Source: Bryobacterales bacterium
GTDB lineage: Bacteria > Acidobacteriota > Terriglobia > Bryobacterales > UBA6623
Reading direction: 5' to 3'
DNA: 64,000 nucleotides
Assembly (NCBI GenBank): GCA_963422375.2
Contig: OY729427.2
Span: 1,664,001 to 1,728,000, forward strand
The translations under genes and the position numbers were made by a program. The first letter of the stretch is position 1, and each line of letters starts with the position of its first letter. Positions 61,066 to 64,000 of the stretch are shown here, one piece after another. The notes under the pieces were generated by a model, which had not been told where the DNA came from, did no database searches, and worked only from the letters and a program-made list of their open reading frames with translations.

Positions 61066-61392
61066 ATGCCGCAAGACATATCCGCTAGTCAGACAGGTCC
61101 CTCTCGGGACGAGGCCCCGATGCTGCTGGATGCATTGGAGCGGCGGGTCCTGGCGATGGTCGGGGCCCTGCGCGAGGCTCGGGCGGCGCGCTCGAGCGCG
61201 GAAGCCGAGGCCGCCGCGCTGCGGGAGCAGCTGATCGAGCGCGAGGCGGAGATCGCGCAGCTCAAGAAGCGGATTGAGCAGGACGACCTGCGGGCCGTTG
61301 TGAGGGAGCGCGTCCAAAGCCTCCTGCGGCGCGTTGACGAACTGGAACAGGAGGGCCGGTCGCAGTGCCCGCCCGACGGTACATCCAAATAG
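61066..61392 (+). CDS. zapB: Coiled-coil cell division protein, ZapB-like
   Basis: LDALERRV...VRERVQSLLRRVDEL coiled coil directly upstream of and overlapping zapA. Alternative start at 61120. Confidence 0.65.
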   Translation: MPQDISASQTGPSRDEAPMLLDALERRVLAMVGALREARAARSSAEAEAAALREQLIEREAEIAQLKKRIEQDDLRAVVRERVQSLLRRVDELEQEGRSQCPPDGTSK

Positions 61393-61724
61393 GCATCCAC
61401 GGCCGCACGTACCGGCTGGCCGGTCCGGACCCCGACCGAACGAGGATGATGGCCCGTCAGGTCCACGCCGCGATGACGCGCTTGGAGGACGCGATGCCCG
61501 GCACGGAGGAACTCAAGCTCGCGGTCCTCGCAGCCGTGCATCTGGCCGACGAGCTGTCCTCGTTGCGCGACGAGTACAGGGACTTTCGAGCTTCCGTCGG
61601 GGGATCGGCCGAGCGAATGCTGCGCGCGATCGGCGAGACCGACTCCGAGTCAGACGGTGCCGCCGATGCGAGCCGCGAGGCGCCGGAGGCGTCCGTCGAG
61701 GACAGTCCATCGGAAGCGGCATGA
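61365..61724 (+). CDS. zapA: Cell division protein ZapA
   Basis: IQIGIHGRTYRL, ARQVHAAM, KLAVLAAVHLADEL match the ZapA pattern. Confidence 0.82.
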   Translation: MPARRYIQIGIHGRTYRLAGPDPDRTRMMARQVHAAMTRLEDAMPGTEELKLAVLAAVHLADELSSLRDEYRDFRASVGGSAERMLRAIGETDSESDGAADASREAPEASVEDSPSEAA

Positions 61725-61756
61725 AAGCCGCCGTGTCGGTGCCGCTCCCGCGTGCC

Positions 61757-63187
61757 CTAGCGGTTGATGTATCCCAGGCTCTCGAGAATCTCGGCGTCGC
61801 GCCGCGTCATGCGGGACTCGCTCTCGGCGAGATCGGTGGACTCGAACCAGCGCTCGAAGGCCGCGCTCTCGAACTTGTACCGGCGGTCGGCCTTGGAGAG
61901 CACCTCGGAACTGAGTTCGAAGGGATCCTTGGAGAGGTCGTAGAATTCGAAGCGCTCCTCTCCGGGTGTCCATATCGCCTTCATGGACCCTTGGAGCTTG
62001 CCGATCCTGAACGGCAGCCCCGAATTGGGCTTCCACATCCACGAAATCCAGCCCGGGATGAAGCCCTTCTTGCCCTCGAACGACACGAAGCGGATCTGGC
62101 GCTTGGACGGCGGCTCGGTGCCTTGCTTGATCGCCGGGACTTGGCTGCGACCCGCGTAGGAAATCGAGAGCGCGGACTCGTCGCGGAACTCCGGCACGGC
62201 GAGATCCAGCAGCGTGGGTGCCAGGTCAAGGACGGAGACGTTCTGCTCAAGCACCGTGCCGGGCTCGATCCTGCCGGGAAACCGCATGATCCATGGGACG
62301 CGCATCGTGCTTTCGTACAGCCAGCGGCCGTGGCCGACGAAGCCTTGCTCGCCTAGGCCCTCGCCGTGATCGGAGAGCAGCGCGACCAGCGTCCGCTCGC
62401 GAAGGCCCAGCTGGTCGATCCGGTCGAGAACCCTGCCGATGTGTCGGTCCGCATAGCCGATTTCCGAATCGTAACGTCGGATCCGCTCGCGTACTTCCTG
62501 GCTGTACTCCGGCACCCCGGTAGGGGGCTCGGCGACCTCTTCGGGCTCGGCAAATTCATTCCGCAGATTGTAGGGCTCGTGCGGGTCGAAGTAATGGATC
62601 CACAGGAACAGCTTGTCCTTGTCTTTGTTGTCGTCGAGCCACCGGAGGGCGGGCCGGGTGACGTCTTCTGCCCAGCGCATCGAGTGAAACACTTGGTAGG
62701 AGCGCCCGAGATCTTCGTCGTAGACGTCGAAGCTGCGATCCAGCTTGGTGAGCCGGCCCACGAGCGGCCACGCGCTTACGAAGGCGCCCGACTCGTAACC
62801 GAATCGCCGCAGGACCTGCGGCACGGTCAGCCACTTGGACCCGTCCGGCAGCGAGACACCGTTGATTCTCGCGCCGTGCTCCTGCGGGTACCGGCCCGTG
62901 AACATCGAGAAATGCGATGGCCCCGTCATCGGGATCGCCGTGTAGGCCCGGTTGAAGCGGACGCCCTCGTCCGCCAGCCGGTCCATGGCCGGGCTGGTAC
63001 GCAAGTGATACCCGTACGAGGAGAGGTGGTCGGCCCGCAGCGTGTCGACCGTAATCAGCACCACGTGCGGGTGGCGCGAAGCCTGGGCGTCGGCATCGCT
63101 GTCGGGGGCCAGCTGCGCTAAGCACAGGAACAGCGCGCCCACCGAGCCGAGCGCAAGCGTGCCGACTCGCGTCACTCCCTTGCGCAT
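61757..63187 (-). CDS. Sulfatase-like alkaline phosphatase superfamily hydrolase with Thr at the nucleophile position
   Basis: Signal/TM segment, VVLITVDTLRADHL, PMTGPSHFSMFTG, WIHYFDPH, YDSEI, SDHGEGLGE..HG, RVPWI, LESLGYI. Confidence 0.88.
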   Translation of the reverse strand: MRKGVTRVGTLALGSVGALFLCLAQLAPDSDADAQASRHPHVVLITVDTLRADHLSSYGYHLRTSPAMDRLADEGVRFNRAYTAIPMTGPSHFSMFTGRYPQEHGARINGVSLPDGSKWLTVPQVLRRFGYESGAFVSAWPLVGRLTKLDRSFDVYDEDLGRSYQVFHSMRWAEDVTRPALRWLDDNKDKDKLFLWIHYFDPHEPYNLRNEFAEPEEVAEPPTGVPEYSQEVRERIRRYDSEIGYADRHIGRVLDRIDQLGLRERTLVALLSDHGEGLGEQGFVGHGRWLYESTMRVPWIMRFPGRIEPGTVLEQNVSVLDLAPTLLDLAVPEFRDESALSISYAGRSQVPAIKQGTEPPSKRQIRFVSFEGKKGFIPGWISWMWKPNSGLPFRIGKLQGSMKAIWTPGEERFEFYDLSKDPFELSSEVLSKADRRYKFESAAFERWFESTDLAESESRMTRRDAEILESLGYINR

Positions 63188-63204
63188 ACGCCTTGAGTGT
63201 AGCG

Positions 63205-63864
63205 TTACGACTGCCCGCCGGACAACGGGCAACCCGCCATGGCCGCGGTTGGGATTCTCCGCTCGTGCGGACCGCCGACCCCGGCCGAGGCGATGGAGGA
63301 CGCGAACGCTGTTAGCGGGGGGAAGACTCGCTCGAAGTCGGCGCGCAGGCACTCGTAGTGCTCCAGCAGGACACCCGCGCCGGACGCGAGCGGGTTCTCG
63401 CGCCTGCAGCGCCGTGCGATGCCCTGCAGGGCCCGTTCCACGCCCGTGATCTCGGCGTAGCCCACGAGCCAGTTCTCTTGCTGCATCGCGTCGACGGCTC
63501 TCGCAAACCGGGGTACGGGCAGGTTCCTGAATCGCTGGAGGGTCGCGTAGCAGGACTCCGCGAAGCTGGCGAGGCCCGAGCCGTCGCCGTGCCGTTCCCA
63601 GCCCAGGGCCAGGAAGTGATCGAAGTAGACGTCAAGCAGCACGCCTGCGTATCGCCGGTACGGCGGCCGCAGGCGCCTCCGGGCCGTCGCGAACGCGGGG
63701 TGGGCGTCAGCGAAGGCGTCGATTCTCTGGTGGGCGCGGATTCCGGCCTGAATGCCCGGGGCGAGCGAGGAAACGCTCGGAGCCCTGACGAAGTCGGCGA
63801 GGACCTGCCCCACCCGCGCCTCGTCGCTGTTCCCCGCGAGGCGGAGGTGCGCGAGGAAATTCAT
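63205..63864 (-). CDS. acpH: Acyl carrier protein phosphodiesterase
   Basis: MNFLAHL, ADFVR, GIRAHQRIDAFADAHP, RYAGVLLDVYFDHFLA..W, WL..Y, DF..FP.L. Confidence 0.92.
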   Translation of the reverse strand: MNFLAHLRLAGNSDEARVGQVLADFVRAPSVSSLAPGIQAGIRAHQRIDAFADAHPAFATARRRLRPPYRRYAGVLLDVYFDHFLALGWERHGDGSGLASFAESCYATLQRFRNLPVPRFARAVDAMQQENWLVGYAEITGVERALQGIARRCRRENPLASGAGVLLEHYECLRADFERVFPPLTAFASSIASAGVGGPHERRIPTAAMAGCPLSGGQS

Positions 63865-63941
63865 GCAGGCCGAGCGCTGCCGGCGAGGTCCGCGGTGCGC
63901 GGACTTCGCACGGTTGACCTGCTTCCGTAAGGCATCGGGCC

Positions 63942-64000
63942 TCAGGCAGAGGTCAGCCTCGCCTCGATGTCCCGCAGGTACCGGCTGGACGCTCTGGCGA
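63942..64000 (-). CDS. 3' end of an unidentified gene cut by the window edge
   Basis: Minus frame ARASSRYLRDIEARLTSA* with host-like codon usage. Confidence 0.4.
   Translation of the reverse strand, partial: ARASSRYLRDIEARLTSA

Noticed and set aside
61724..61760. 6S RNA expected downstream of zapA
   Set aside because: Only ~30 nt separate zapA from the convergent hydrolase stop, leaving no room.

Overview
High-GC (roughly 70% by eye) bacterial chromosome segment. Gene content (tandem-domain ThyX, lpdA-lipB-E2, zapB-zapA after tRNA-Leu, Tat-exported sulfatases and a PQQ-like propeller) suggests Acidobacteriota; this is inference. The backbone is housekeeping: ALDH, thyX, HAD, queA, a PhoB-like regulator with a TonB-dependent receptor, lpdA/lipB/E2, ackA, an SSS symporter, tRNA-Glu, a sigma-70 factor, nadD/obgE/thiG, folP/folB/folK, ddl, asnS, gltB, tRNA-Leu, zapB/zapA and acpH. 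It is interrupted by many decayed IS elements: IS4 with a fused DUF4338/Mom-like domain (3 copies), a second IS4, IS1595 (3), IS110 (2), ISAzo13, IS1634 and an ISNCY-like element. A ~19 kb island (about 15.4-34.5 kb) carries lower-GC cargo in three blocks: (1) an SDR remnant, PLP aminotransferase, B3/4 tRNA-editing protein, DUF3291 protein and glycosyltransferase; (2) a strongly SD-led 36-aa Tyr/Cys peptide ORF directly upstream of a TPST-like and a second sulfotransferase; (3) an EmrAB-type exporter. The best leads are this putative peptide/amino-acid sulfation-glycosylation cluster, the transposase-fused Mom-like domain, a four-copy ~200 bp IS-end repeat, and an apparent A:T->G:C substitution bias in the decaying IS copies.
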